Part shown: positions 7,419 to 15,734 of the stretch, one piece after another
How the letters are laid out: each line of letters opens with the position of its first letter
How positions within the stretch are numbered: the first letter of the stretch is position 1
From: an uncultured Gemmatimonadales bacterium
GTDB lineage: Bacteria; Gemmatimonadota; Gemmatimonadetes; Gemmatimonadales; GWC2-71-9
Assembly (NCBI GenBank): GCA_963707875.1
Contig: CAVPRU010000001.1
Location: 145,591-209,590 of the forward strand
Direction: 5' to 3'
Length of the DNA: 64,000 nucleotides
Position numbers and translations under genes: made by a program
Notes under the pieces: model-generated
The model's input: only the letters and a program-made list of their open reading frames with translations
Told to the model about the DNA's origin: nothing
Databases searched by the model: none

Positions 7419-10355
7419 GTGTCTGTGAACCACTGGTCAGGAAGGGCGCTCGTGGCCGCCAGTCTGTGGCTGGCGGCGTGTACCTCGTCCACCGCCCCCC
7501 GATCCCCCGGGGAGCGGCCGGGGCTGGGTCAATCACCCCATCCAGTGGCCGAAGCCTTCGACCTGAACCCCGGCGATCCGCCGAAGGCGTTCATCACCGA
7601 GTCCGCAGTCGCCGGGGTCTGGTTCCCGGCGGACTTCGTCCCCGCGGGTACCAACGTCATCGTCACCGACCTGACTCCTTTCTTCGGCCCGGGCCAGTCA
7701 CCCCTCCAGACCCCGCTGGACAAGTACCCCAGCTATATCGACATCCAGCTGATCCCGAAGCCAGCCTCTATGAACGGGACACCGATCGTCGTGGTCTGCT
7801 TCCCGGAAGGCCTGGCGGCGGAGCTCGCCGAGCGGCTCCTGCTGGGACACCAGAGTGCCCCGGGCGACCCCGCAGCGTTCAAGGTCTATCCCTCGGTTCC
7901 GGTTCCACCTGAACTGGCCCAGGGGGTCGTTTGCGGCGACGGGTTGAACCTCGCCATGAGTGCCCCCCAGCGCTGGCTGCGACGAGCCGCGAATGTCCTC
8001 CTGCCTGAGAGGCTCTACGCCCATTTCTTCAGCATTGGTGGGGTCGGCGGGTCGCCGGAGGAGTTCAGTCCCTTCGGAGCGGTGGATCCGGTTCTGCGCG
8101 TCGGAGGGGTCGGTGGCTCCCCGGAGGAGTTCGCCCCGTCGGCACTGCCTGTTCAACTGACTGGACCATTCCCCGGACCGCCGGCCGGCTGGACCGTCGG
8201 GCAGATCGGCCAGACGGGGGACGACGATCTTCCTGCCGTCACGGTGGAGACCTTTGGATTCGATGGCGACGTCAATCCGGTACCAGGGGTGTCAGTCCGC
8301 TTTACCCTGGGACCGGCGCTGGCTCGCCTGCCGATGGGCGACGCCCGGTTCTGTTCAACCCCGCTCCAGCCCTTGGGACCCCCCTCGGTCACCGTCGTGA
8401 CCGGCGCCGATGGGCGGGCTGAGCTTCCGTGTATCCACTTCGGCACGGCGATCGGGTTCAGCAACCTGACCACTCAGGCCGATGGCGCTTCTCTCGGGTT
8501 CCTCGACGGGGCCCGCAAGACCCTGGTCACCATCATCGCGGACGGCTCCGATCCGCCAACGTCGATCCTGAACTTCCTGGTCGAGGCCACGGCGGGAGTC
8601 CCGTCAAACTTCACCCTGGAGCAGGCGCCCGCCACCGATGGCATCGCGGGCCAGGTTCTGGAGCAGCAGCCGCGAGTGCAATTGCGCGACGATGCCGGCC
8701 ATGCCATCGAGCTGGCCGGGGTATCGGTGACGGCCGTCCTGACCTCCGGACCGGGGCAGCTCATCGGCACCCTCGCCGCGACCACCGACGCCAGGGGCGT
8801 CGCCTCGTTCACCAACCTGCGGATCGATGGCGCCGCTGGCGTCTACGCCCTGGCCTTCCTCTCCCGGTTCCCGACTCTCCCGGGTGGGACCATCACGATC
8901 GCGCCGGGTCCGCCGAACCGCCTCGTCATGGTGACGGGCCCGGGGACCGCGCAGGCCGGGGTCCCGAGCGCACCGGCATTTGCGGTCCGACTGGTCGACG
9001 CATTCGGGAACTCGACCCCGGTGGCGGGAGTGACCGTATCGGCCTCCCTCGCCTCGGGCCCAGGGGCGCTGGTCGGCGACCTCCAGGCCGCGACCGACCA
9101 GAGCGGGGTCGCGAACTTTCCTGGGCTGATCTTTACCGGGCCGGCGGGGGTGGCCCGGGTCGTCGGTTTCGCCGCCACCGGGCTGACCGGCACCACCGGG
9201 TCTCCGGTGGAGATCGTGGCCGGCGCCGCGACCAGCCTGGTGGTGGAAATCCAGCCCTCCGGTAGCGCACGGGCCGGTGAGCCGTTCGCCATCCAGCCGG
9301 CCGTCGGGCTCCGCGATGCGTTCGGCAATATCGTCACCTCGCTTCAAGTCCAGGTGACCGCGGTGCTGGTGGCCGGGGAAGGCACCTTGGAAGGAACCGT
9401 CACCCGCGCCACCACCAACGGTGTGGCGAGTTTCGCCGACCTCCGAGTCGACGGTGCGATCGGATCGCGCGCCATTCGGTTCGTGGCCGGGGGGCTGGTG
9501 CCTGCAACTTCGAGTCCGATCGTTGTCGGCTCGGGGACGGCAGCACGGCTCAGGCCCTCTGGTCCGGGAATCATTGTGGGACCCAGCGGACTGTTTGAGT
9601 ATGGCTCCGGACTCCCGTCTTTCGTGGCCGTGAAGCCGCCTCCTGCTGTGCAGGTGACCGACCTGTTCGGCAATCCGGTGGGAGCCGGCACCGTCGTGAC
9701 CTGGGCCGGGAACACCATCAATGGCGCGGTGCTGGACATCGGAAGTGGTGGGACAACCGACGGCTCAGGCATCGCTCAGGTCGCCGGGTGGACACCCGGG
9801 GTCGGCGCCAACACCCTGGAGGCCCTGCTCGTTGGCGGGACTGGGGCGCCCGCGGTATTCCTGGCGACCACGGTCGGCGGTGAGGAGATCTTCAGCTGCC
9901 AGGAGGGAGGCAGTCGTCCCAGCGACCTCGCCCCGTTCTCAATCCCCAGCCCACCGGGGGACTTCAGGCAGGTCACGGTCTTCATCTCAATGGAGGTCGA
10001 CCCGACGGCGCCCGGCGCCTCTCCGGTCTCCCTGACCACCCAGTATCCGGTGTCCCTCACGGTCCATCGCAACGACCCCTCCGGTCCTCTGCTGGGCCAG
10101 GTAACCGGAACCTCCACTCTCCCCGGGCGGCGGACCAGAGACACCGGGGTGACCTTCCGGTTCCCGACCCCGATTATCCGGGAGCCGGAGGACAGCAGGC
10201 TCTACTTCACCTTGCAGGTGACCACGCCGCCAGGCCGGAAGCCGCTCCTATGGTACAATCCGAGAGTACGGAGCGACTCGCCCTGCTGGGACGCGACGCT
10301 GCTTCCGCCGACCGGCTCTCCCGTTCGGGGGCTATCGATCTTGATCGCGAAATAA
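7419..10355 (+). CDS. Large lipoprotein with tandem bacterial Ig-like (Big/invasin-type) modules
   Basis: 978-aa ORF with a lipobox (LVAASLWLAA-C). At least three ~104-aa tandem modules span nt 8607-9542, each ending in a G-V-A-(S/N)-F motif followed by a short variable stretch and 'G(A/P)(A/I)G' (GVASFTNLRIDGAAG / GVANFPGLIFTGPAG / GVASFADLRVDGAIG). A fourth is degenerate. A short duplication GGVGGSPEEF x2 lies at nt 8037-8132. In-frame GTG 7425 has better SD spacing than 7419. Confidence 0.7.
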   Translation: MSVNHWSGRALVAASLWLAACTSSTAPRSPGERPGLGQSPHPVAEAFDLNPGDPPKAFITESAVAGVWFPADFVPAGTNVIVTDLTPFFGPGQSPLQTPLDKYPSYIDIQLIPKPASMNGTPIVVVCFPEGLAAELAERLLLGHQSAPGDPAAFKVYPSVPVPPELAQGVVCGDGLNLAMSAPQRWLRRAANVLLPERLYAHFFSIGGVGGSPEEFSPFGAVDPVLRVGGVGGSPEEFAPSALPVQLTGPFPGPPAGWTVGQIGQTGDDDLPAVTVETFGFDGDVNPVPGVSVRFTLGPALARLPMGDARFCSTPLQPLGPPSVTVVTGADGRAELPCIHFGTAIGFSNLTTQADGASLGFLDGARKTLVTIIADGSDPPTSILNFLVEATAGVPSNFTLEQAPATDGIAGQVLEQQPRVQLRDDAGHAIELAGVSVTAVLTSGPGQLIGTLAATTDARGVASFTNLRIDGAAGVYALAFLSRFPTLPGGTITIAPGPPNRLVMVTGPGTAQAGVPSAPAFAVRLVDAFGNSTPVAGVTVSASLASGPGALVGDLQAATDQSGVANFPGLIFTGPAGVARVVGFAATGLTGTTGSPVEIVAGAATSLVVEIQPSGSARAGEPFAIQPAVGLRDAFGNIVTSLQVQVTAVLVAGEGTLEGTVTRATTNGVASFADLRVDGAIGSRAIRFVAGGLVPATSSPIVVGSGTAARLRPSGPGIIVGPSGLFEYGSGLPSFVAVKPPPAVQVTDLFGNPVGAGTVVTWAGNTINGAVLDIGSGGTTDGSGIAQVAGWTPGVGANTLEALLVGGTGAPAVFLATTVGGEEIFSCQEGGSRPSDLAPFSIPSPPGDFRQVTVFISMEVDPTAPGASPVSLTTQYPVSLTVHRNDPSGPLLGQVTGTSTLPGRRTRDTGVTFRFPTPIIREPEDSRLYFTLQVTTPPGRKPLLWYNPRVRSDSPCWDATLLPPTGSPVRGLSILIAK
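8607..9542 (+). repeat. Three tandem ~104-codon Ig-like domain repeats inside the lipoprotein gene
   Basis: Protein-level periodicity read directly from the translation (aa 397-708). The repeats are divergent at the DNA level. Confidence 0.6.
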
Positions 10356-10527
10356 CCCGCCATGGCCGGATCACGCGACGTCCTCAGGACATGAGACGCA
10401 ATCCCTGACACCGGGTGCCGGTGGTCATGACGACGAACTCCGTGGTGCCAGCGCTCCCGCCGACTTGATTCCCGCTTGACCCATCGACGCCACCATTGGT
10501 CAACCCATGAACCGAGGAGGTGGCCGG

Positions 10528-10995
10528 ATGGCGCGCAAGCACTGCTGGTTGGTAGGGATCCTCGTCGCGACGACAGGGGCGTTCGGTTGTAGTGCTGGGC
10601 CGACGGAATCACCACCCGTTGTCGGGTTGGGCCTCTACGGGACAGTAACTGGTCAACTCAACGGCAACCCGCTCAATGGGGCAAGGGTGACCATTGGCTC
10701 AACCCCCTGCACTGGATCCGACCTCCGTGGGTGGAGGTGTGAGGACGAGATCGTGGCTACTGTCACCACGGGGCCGGATGGCCAATACCACGTGAAACCC
10801 TTCCTGCGCGACTGCGGCCTTGTGGGGGCTCGATCCTACTATTGGTTTGAGGTGATTGCCGAAGGCTACCAAAATCTCCACATACCACGCCAGTTGCCGT
10901 CTGGCGGACCGCTCGTGTGTACGACTCCCACGCAAACCATGAACTTTGCGTTGGTTCCCATTCCATCCGGCCCAGGAGTAGGGCTCATCAGGTAG
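10528..10995 (+). CDS. Small lipoprotein with carboxypeptidase-regulatory-like (CarboxypepD_reg) fold
   Basis: The second ATG (10528) is preceded by GAGGAGG. Lipobox TGAFG-C. LYGTVTG..GNPLNGARVTIGS..TTGPDGQYHV is the typical pattern of this beta-sandwich domain. Confidence 0.55.
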   Translation: MARKHCWLVGILVATTGAFGCSAGPTESPPVVGLGLYGTVTGQLNGNPLNGARVTIGSTPCTGSDLRGWRCEDEIVATVTTGPDGQYHVKPFLRDCGLVGARSYYWFEVIAEGYQNLHIPRQLPSGGPLVCTTPTQTMNFALVPIPSGPGVGLIR

Positions 10996-11109
10996 GGGGC
11001 GAATCATCCGAGGGCACCCCGGCTGGCGTTGCCACACCTTCTGCCATCACCTGCCACAACGACCAAGCCCCGTCGGCGCAACCGCCGGCGGGGCTTGGTC
11101 CTGAACCAG

Positions 11110-11183
11110 TGGGCGATGAGGGGCTCGAACCCCCGACCTCGCGCATGTGAGGCGCGCGCTCTAACCAGCTGAGCTAATCGCCC
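11110..11183 (-). tRNA. tRNA-Val (anticodon CAC), 74 nt, no encoded CCA
   Basis: The reverse complement GGGCGATTAGCTCAGCTGGTTAGAGCGCGCGCCTCACATGCGCGAGGTCGGGGGTTCGAGCCCCTCATCGCCCA folds by hand into a cloverleaf (7/4/5/5 stems, anticodon loop CTCACAT). Confidence 0.9.
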
Positions 11184-11195
11184 GGAAGGCGGAGG

Positions 11196-11224
11196 AGTGT
11201 AACAATGCCTGCCTCACGACGCAA
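11196..11224 (-). promoter_or_regulatory. Candidate sigma70-like promoter for tRNA-Val
   Basis: On the minus strand: TTGCGT, 17 nt, TACACT, then 12 nt to the tRNA 5' end. Pattern match only. Confidence 0.3.
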
Positions 11225-11518
11225 CGAGCCCCAGGCGGGCGCCCGGGGCTCATTGCATCGTTCGTCCGGCACTCTGGGGAGGATCAGCCAGACATTTTGG
11301 ACCCATCGTTGCCACACCGCTTGGAGCTTCTCTGTCGCTCCACTTCCGGCGGGTCGGCGGGACCACTCTTCCTTAATGCACCGGCCATGCCGGACCGCGT
11401 CAACCGGTAGCGCCGCTCTCCAAGTCACTATCCAGCCGTGACTTACGACCAGATGTCTCAGGCCCGGACACCCCATGACCCGTGGCGTCGGCGCAACTCC
11501 TGGTGGGTCGAGGCCACC

Positions 11519-13186
11519 CTACCGCCCCACGATCTCGACCTCCCGGACTGTCTGGAGTTCGGGTTCGGCGCCCCGCTTCAGGGTGAGGATGATCGAGTAC
11601 CGGCCCTTCGGCAGGTCCGCCAGGTCCACTTCGATGCTCTGGGCGACAACCCCCTCCCCGCCAGCCCCATTCCAGCTGAGCTTGATCGGCCGAGCCTTGC
11701 CGCCCAGCCCGAAGGTCCGTCCCACCCGCTTCAGCAGCCCGGCACGAGCCTGCTCAACCGCCAGGCTCACCTCGAAGGCCTCCCCCGCTCCCGCGCGATA
11801 GGTTTCCCAATACAGCCCCACCGCCGATCCGACCGGGATGGCAGTCCCCGACTGGGCCAGCTTCATCGCCGCATCGAGCCCCTCGGGGAGGTCCTCTCCG
11901 GGCGCGAACAGCAGGATGTCGGAGACCATGGGCCCGGACTCCTGTCCGTCGCTCAGCGGCTCGAGGACGGTCCGGCCGATCGCGGCCATCCCACTCCCGG
12001 GATCGATGACCTCCAGGCTCGCCAGCAACCGCCGGCCCCAGGTGCCAGAGGCGCGCGCGACACCCCGCGGCCCATTGCTGGTGCCGAACCCCGGAATCGG
12101 ATCGCCCTCCTCCGGCCCGGCGGAGAGCGCCAGGGTCACATCGGTGAATTGCGCCGTCCTGTGGGCCCACGGCGCCCGGAATGAGGCCACGGTCATCGCC
12201 TTGTCCCCCCGGAGAAACCGGGCCCACTGCACCTCGTCGATCCACACGATGCCGGTGGCCCAGATGGGGTGGAACCGGCTCGAGGCCTTGGGGTCCTTCC
12301 ACTTCCACTCCGGGATCCCGGTGGCGTCCTCATGATCCGGCAGGAAGGAATAGGCCGGCTTCGGCTCATGCCCCACGATCGAATACCCCGCCCCCTGGGT
12401 ACCGGGGGGTGGGGAGTTCTGCGACCACGCCGTGGACCAGCCGTACCGGAACACCAGTTCCACCAGGTCATCGCCCATCGGGGAGCCGTCCTGGGTGATC
12501 GCGTTCTCGAAGGTGGCCAGCCAGGTGCGGCGCGCATAGATCTCGGTCCGCAACGGATTCCCCGGAGCGGAAAACTGGGGCCGGCCCAGCCACAGCAGAT
12601 GGGTGTTGGCGCTGTCGCGCTGAGCGCAGGTGAGGTCCTTGTAGGCCCCGTCGTAGTACCCGGTGATCAGCGGCCTCAGGTCGTTCCAGGCACACCGCCG
12701 CTCCTCGGGCATCTGGCGGATCGCGTCCTCGAAGGCCCGCTCCGCGGTCTGGGTGTACCCCGAGATGTGATACACCAGTCCCTTCAGCGCGGAACACCAC
12801 CAGGGGGTCGTCTTGCAGGAATCCACCATGGCCAGCGCCGAATCGGCGCGCCGGTCCTCGATCAGGTAGCGGACAATCTGACCGGTGACCCAGAAGTCGC
12901 CCGGGTATCGGGTGAGCGCCTTGTTCAGCTGATCGAGGAGCGTGCCCCGGGCGAGAAGCAGACCCTGGGTATCAGCCGGTGGCGGCGGCTCATTCTCGTT
13001 GTACCAGTAACAGTACCGCCCGATCTTGACGTCGCAGCTTCCGGCCGCACCGGGTGGGGTCGAGGCAATCATCCAGATCCGGCCCCGTTCGAATTCGGCC
13101 TGGGCCCGGGAGACAGCTTGCTGGGTACCGGCCGAGTCGGCGGAGGTCCCGACCTGGAGGAGCATCACGAGGGTGAGTAAAGTCAT
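11519..13186 (-). CDS. Hypothetical secreted protein (555 aa)
   Basis: Long ORF with coding-like composition, a hydrophobic N-terminus (MTLLTLVMLLQVG) and several Cys/Trp-rich segments. I recognise no family. Confidence 0.65.
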   Translation of the reverse strand: MTLLTLVMLLQVGTSADSAGTQQAVSRAQAEFERGRIWMIASTPPGAAGSCDVKIGRYCYWYNENEPPPPADTQGLLLARGTLLDQLNKALTRYPGDFWVTGQIVRYLIEDRRADSALAMVDSCKTTPWWCSALKGLVYHISGYTQTAERAFEDAIRQMPEERRCAWNDLRPLITGYYDGAYKDLTCAQRDSANTHLLWLGRPQFSAPGNPLRTEIYARRTWLATFENAITQDGSPMGDDLVELVFRYGWSTAWSQNSPPPGTQGAGYSIVGHEPKPAYSFLPDHEDATGIPEWKWKDPKASSRFHPIWATGIVWIDEVQWARFLRGDKAMTVASFRAPWAHRTAQFTDVTLALSAGPEEGDPIPGFGTSNGPRGVARASGTWGRRLLASLEVIDPGSGMAAIGRTVLEPLSDGQESGPMVSDILLFAPGEDLPEGLDAAMKLAQSGTAIPVGSAVGLYWETYRAGAGEAFEVSLAVEQARAGLLKRVGRTFGLGGKARPIKLSWNGAGGEGVVAQSIEVDLADLPKGRYSIILTLKRGAEPELQTVREVEIVGR

Positions 13187-13336
13187 GTCGGAGTATAGAC
13201 GAAGCAGGCTGCGAGAGCCGCACGGTGACTGACCCGGACAGCCGGCTGCGGAAGCGGCTACCGCCCTGAAATCGCAGGGGCCGGGTCAGGACCGGCGCCT
13301 CGCTGTCGCCGCAGCAGGGGAAATCGGGGTTCGAAA

Positions 13337-13411
13337 TGGGCCCTCTGGGACTTGAACCCAGGACCGACGGATTATGAGTCCGCTGCTCTAACCAAGCTGA
13401 GCTAAGGGCCC
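13337..13411 (-). tRNA. tRNA with anticodon CAT (elongator Met or, more likely, lysidine-dependent Ile2), 75 nt, no encoded CCA
   Basis: The reverse complement GGGCCCTTAGCTCAGCTTGGTTAGAGCAGCGGACTCATAATCCGTCGGTCCTGGGTTCAAGTCCCAGAGGGCCCA gives a clean cloverleaf. The anticodon stem lacks the initiator GGG/CCC. The acceptor stem (C4, C5) and T-loop TTCAAGT resemble E. coli ileX. Confidence 0.9.
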
Positions 13412-13459
13412 CCAGTACGGCCACAATATATCAGACCGCTTGGAACTCCACAGCTACCA

Positions 13460-14551
13460 GTGCATTATATCGCCGGTGCGAACCCTCGTCCTCTCCACCG
13501 CCTGGAGCGATCCGGCCTTCCGCCGCAAGCTGCGCGAACTCACCGGGCTCGGCTGGTCCATCGTGACGGCCACCCCCGAGGGGCTGCCGGCGAGGATGGC
13601 GGTATCCGGCTAGCCCCCCTTCCGGTGGGCGGAGCCGATCGGCCGCCCGCCGAGCAGCGCTGGCCCGCGAGGGCGTTTCGCCGATTGCTCACCGATACCC
13701 GGCCGGACCTGGTCTGGATTGAGGCCGAACCCGAGACGTCGATGGCCGAGGTGGCCACCCGGGAGGCGGCCCGGCTCAAGATTCCCTCCGCCGTCCTGGG
13801 GTGGACCAGTCTTCCCAGGGAGCGCGGCTACCTCGCCAACCGTCGGTATCGGGGGACCCTTTCCCGGGTAAACGGTGTGGCCGCCGTCAACCAGCACGCC
13901 CTCAACCTGCTCCGCGCCGGGGCCCCGAACGTCGCCTCGGCCGTCCTCCCCCAGTTGGGCGTCACTCCCCCGGGGATCGCACCCGACCGCCGGCCAAGCG
14001 ATCTGCTGCGGTTGACCTATGTCGGGCGACTGGTGGAAGAGCGCGGCGCCGACCGGCTGTTGCGCGCCTGCGGCCAGCTCATGGGCCAGTGGATCCTCAC
14101 CGTCGTCGGCACCGGGCCGGAGCAGCAGTCACTGGAGGAACTGGCCCAGCGGCTCGGCCTGGCCTCCCGGATTCGCTGGCTCGGGGCCCGGAGCCGAGGC
14201 GACGTGGCGCCACTCTGGGCGGAAACCGACTGCCTCATCGTCCCCTCCCGCGCCACGGCGGACTGGATCGAGGAGTGGTCGGACGCGGTGCTGGACGCCA
14301 TGGCCCATGAGGTCGCGGTGATTGTCACCAATACCGGGGCGCTGCCGGAGCTGGTTGGCGAGGCGGGGATCGTCGTGGCCGACGATGAGGAACTGCATCT
14401 CCGGATGCAGGAACTGGTCAAGGGGGTCGACCGGCGAACGATGCTGGGGCGGGAGGGCCGCCGCCGGATTCTGGACTGGTATGTCGACTCGGCCGTGGCG
14501 CGGCAGACCGATGCCTTCTGGCGAGAGGTTGTCCGGGCCCGGGTACTCTAG
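13460..14551 (+). CDS. Glycosyltransferase family 4 (GT-B, group 1), apparently frameshifted near the 5' end
   Basis: The C-terminal domain is typical of group 1 GTs (LTYVGRLVEERGADRLL..VVGTGPE..LIVPSR..EEWSDAVLDAMAHEVAVIVTNTGALPELV). The first ~45 aa of the track ORF look out of frame. A GT-like N-terminus, VRTLVLSTAWSDPAFRRKLRELTGLGWSIVTATPEG, is encoded from GTG 13476 in another frame and stops at TAG 13611-13613. Confidence 0.75.
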   Translation: MHYIAGANPRPLHRLERSGLPPQAARTHRARLVHRDGHPRGAAGEDGGIRLAPLPVGGADRPPAEQRWPARAFRRLLTDTRPDLVWIEAEPETSMAEVATREAARLKIPSAVLGWTSLPRERGYLANRRYRGTLSRVNGVAAVNQHALNLLRAGAPNVASAVLPQLGVTPPGIAPDRRPSDLLRLTYVGRLVEERGADRLLRACGQLMGQWILTVVGTGPEQQSLEELAQRLGLASRIRWLGARSRGDVAPLWAETDCLIVPSRATADWIEEWSDAVLDAMAHEVAVIVTNTGALPELVGEAGIVVADDEELHLRMQELVKGVDRRTMLGREGRRRILDWYVDSAVARQTDAFWREVVRARVL

Positions 14552-14564
14552 GCGCGCGACCTCG

Positions 14565-15734
14565 TCAGCCGCGTGCGCGGACCTCGCTCAGCGGGATTGT
14601 CTGCAGAGTAGCCTCGCGGATCAGCCGACCAAACGCTGCCACCAACTCCGGATCGAAGTTGTTTCCCGCCTCGGTTTCGATGACCGCCAGGGCCTGCTCG
14701 GACGTCCAGGCCTCTCGATACGGGCGGTGGGTGCAGAGCGCGTCATAGACGTCGCAGACATGCACCAGCCGGCTGGCGAAGTGGGCCTCCCGGGCAAAAC
14801 AGAGGTTGGGATATCCGCCGCCGTCCAGCCGGCGGTGGTGCTCGTAGGCCACCACCGCCGCGAAATCGAGATGCCGCTCGCCATCCAGGATGATCCGGGC
14901 CCCCTCCGCAGGGTGCTTCTGCATGACCTGGAGTTCGGACTCGGTGAAGGCGCCCGGCTTCACCAGGAGCTCGTGCGGAATCCTGATCTTGCCGAGGTCG
15001 TGGAGCAGGCCGGCCACCCCGACGGCCCGGACGTCGCGGTCTCCGAGCCCGACCTGTTCGGCGAGGCCCATGGCGAGAACCGCCACGTTGCTCGCGTGCG
15101 TCGTGGTGTATTCGTCGAATTCGCGCAACTGCAGGAGGGGCAGGACCATCTTCCCCTGCGCATGCATGGCAAGCGCAAGGGAGCGCACCACCGTCTCGGT
15201 CTCGACCAGCGGCAACTCCCCCGACTCGGCAACCCGGTGGTGGACATACTCAATGCATGCCACCTCGTCGCTGAGTGAATAGCTGATGGTGGCGAGCGCC
15301 AGCGACTCCGCGACGCTTACGCCCTCGGTGAGGCCGCGCACGGCAAGGGCCCCGAACCGGATGGCGCTCGGTGCCATCTGTCTTGCCGCGGCGGTCCCTC
15401 CGGTCGTTCCGGCGACCTGATCGGAGAGATCGTTCAGGAGACGCTCGACGGCACCGGGCTCCACCACCCCCGCGACCTCGATCCGCTGGATGCCGGCCTC
15501 TTCCAGCCGCCGGGCCCATTCCCAATGCCCCAGCTCCCGGAGCACCCGCTGCTGGTAGATGACCTCGCCCGCCAGGAAGGAAAAATGGGGAGCCGGGTCG
15601 TCCGTCAGCAGGTCGGACAGGGCCTCATCGGCCCCGTCCACCGCCCGCTGCCGCGACGGGTGTCCGACGCCATAGAGCATCATCGTCGAGAGGGCCTGGC
15701 CCATCGCCACCAGGAACGGTCCGGGGCCACTCAC
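14565..15734 (-). CDS. HD-GYP domain phosphodiesterase (c-di-GMP-type)
   Basis: HDLGKIRIP..HPAEGARI..YEHHRRLDGGGYPN (HD and GYP motifs). The likely start is GTG 15734, overlapping the upstream TGA (GTGA). ATG 15704 and the track start 15824 are alternatives. Confidence 0.85.
   Translation of the reverse strand: MSGPGPFLVAMGQALSTMMLYGVGHPSRQRAVDGADEALSDLLTDDPAPHFSFLAGEVIYQQRVLRELGHWEWARRLEEAGIQRIEVAGVVEPGAVERLLNDLSDQVAGTTGGTAAARQMAPSAIRFGALAVRGLTEGVSVAESLALATISYSLSDEVACIEYVHHRVAESGELPLVETETVVRSLALAMHAQGKMVLPLLQLREFDEYTTTHASNVAVLAMGLAEQVGLGDRDVRAVGVAGLLHDLGKIRIPHELLVKPGAFTESELQVMQKHPAEGARIILDGERHLDFAAVVAYEHHRRLDGGGYPNLCFAREAHFASRLVHVCDVYDALCTHRPYREAWTSEQALAVIETEAGNNFDPELVAAFGRLIREATLQTIPLSEVRARG

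Noticed and set aside
11174-11476. 100-aa minus-strand ORF and an overlapping 78-aa plus-strand ORF next to tRNA-Val
   Set aside because: The minus-strand ORF runs into the tRNA-Val gene (11110-11183). Both have improbable composition (Trp/Arg/Cys-rich) and no start-site support.
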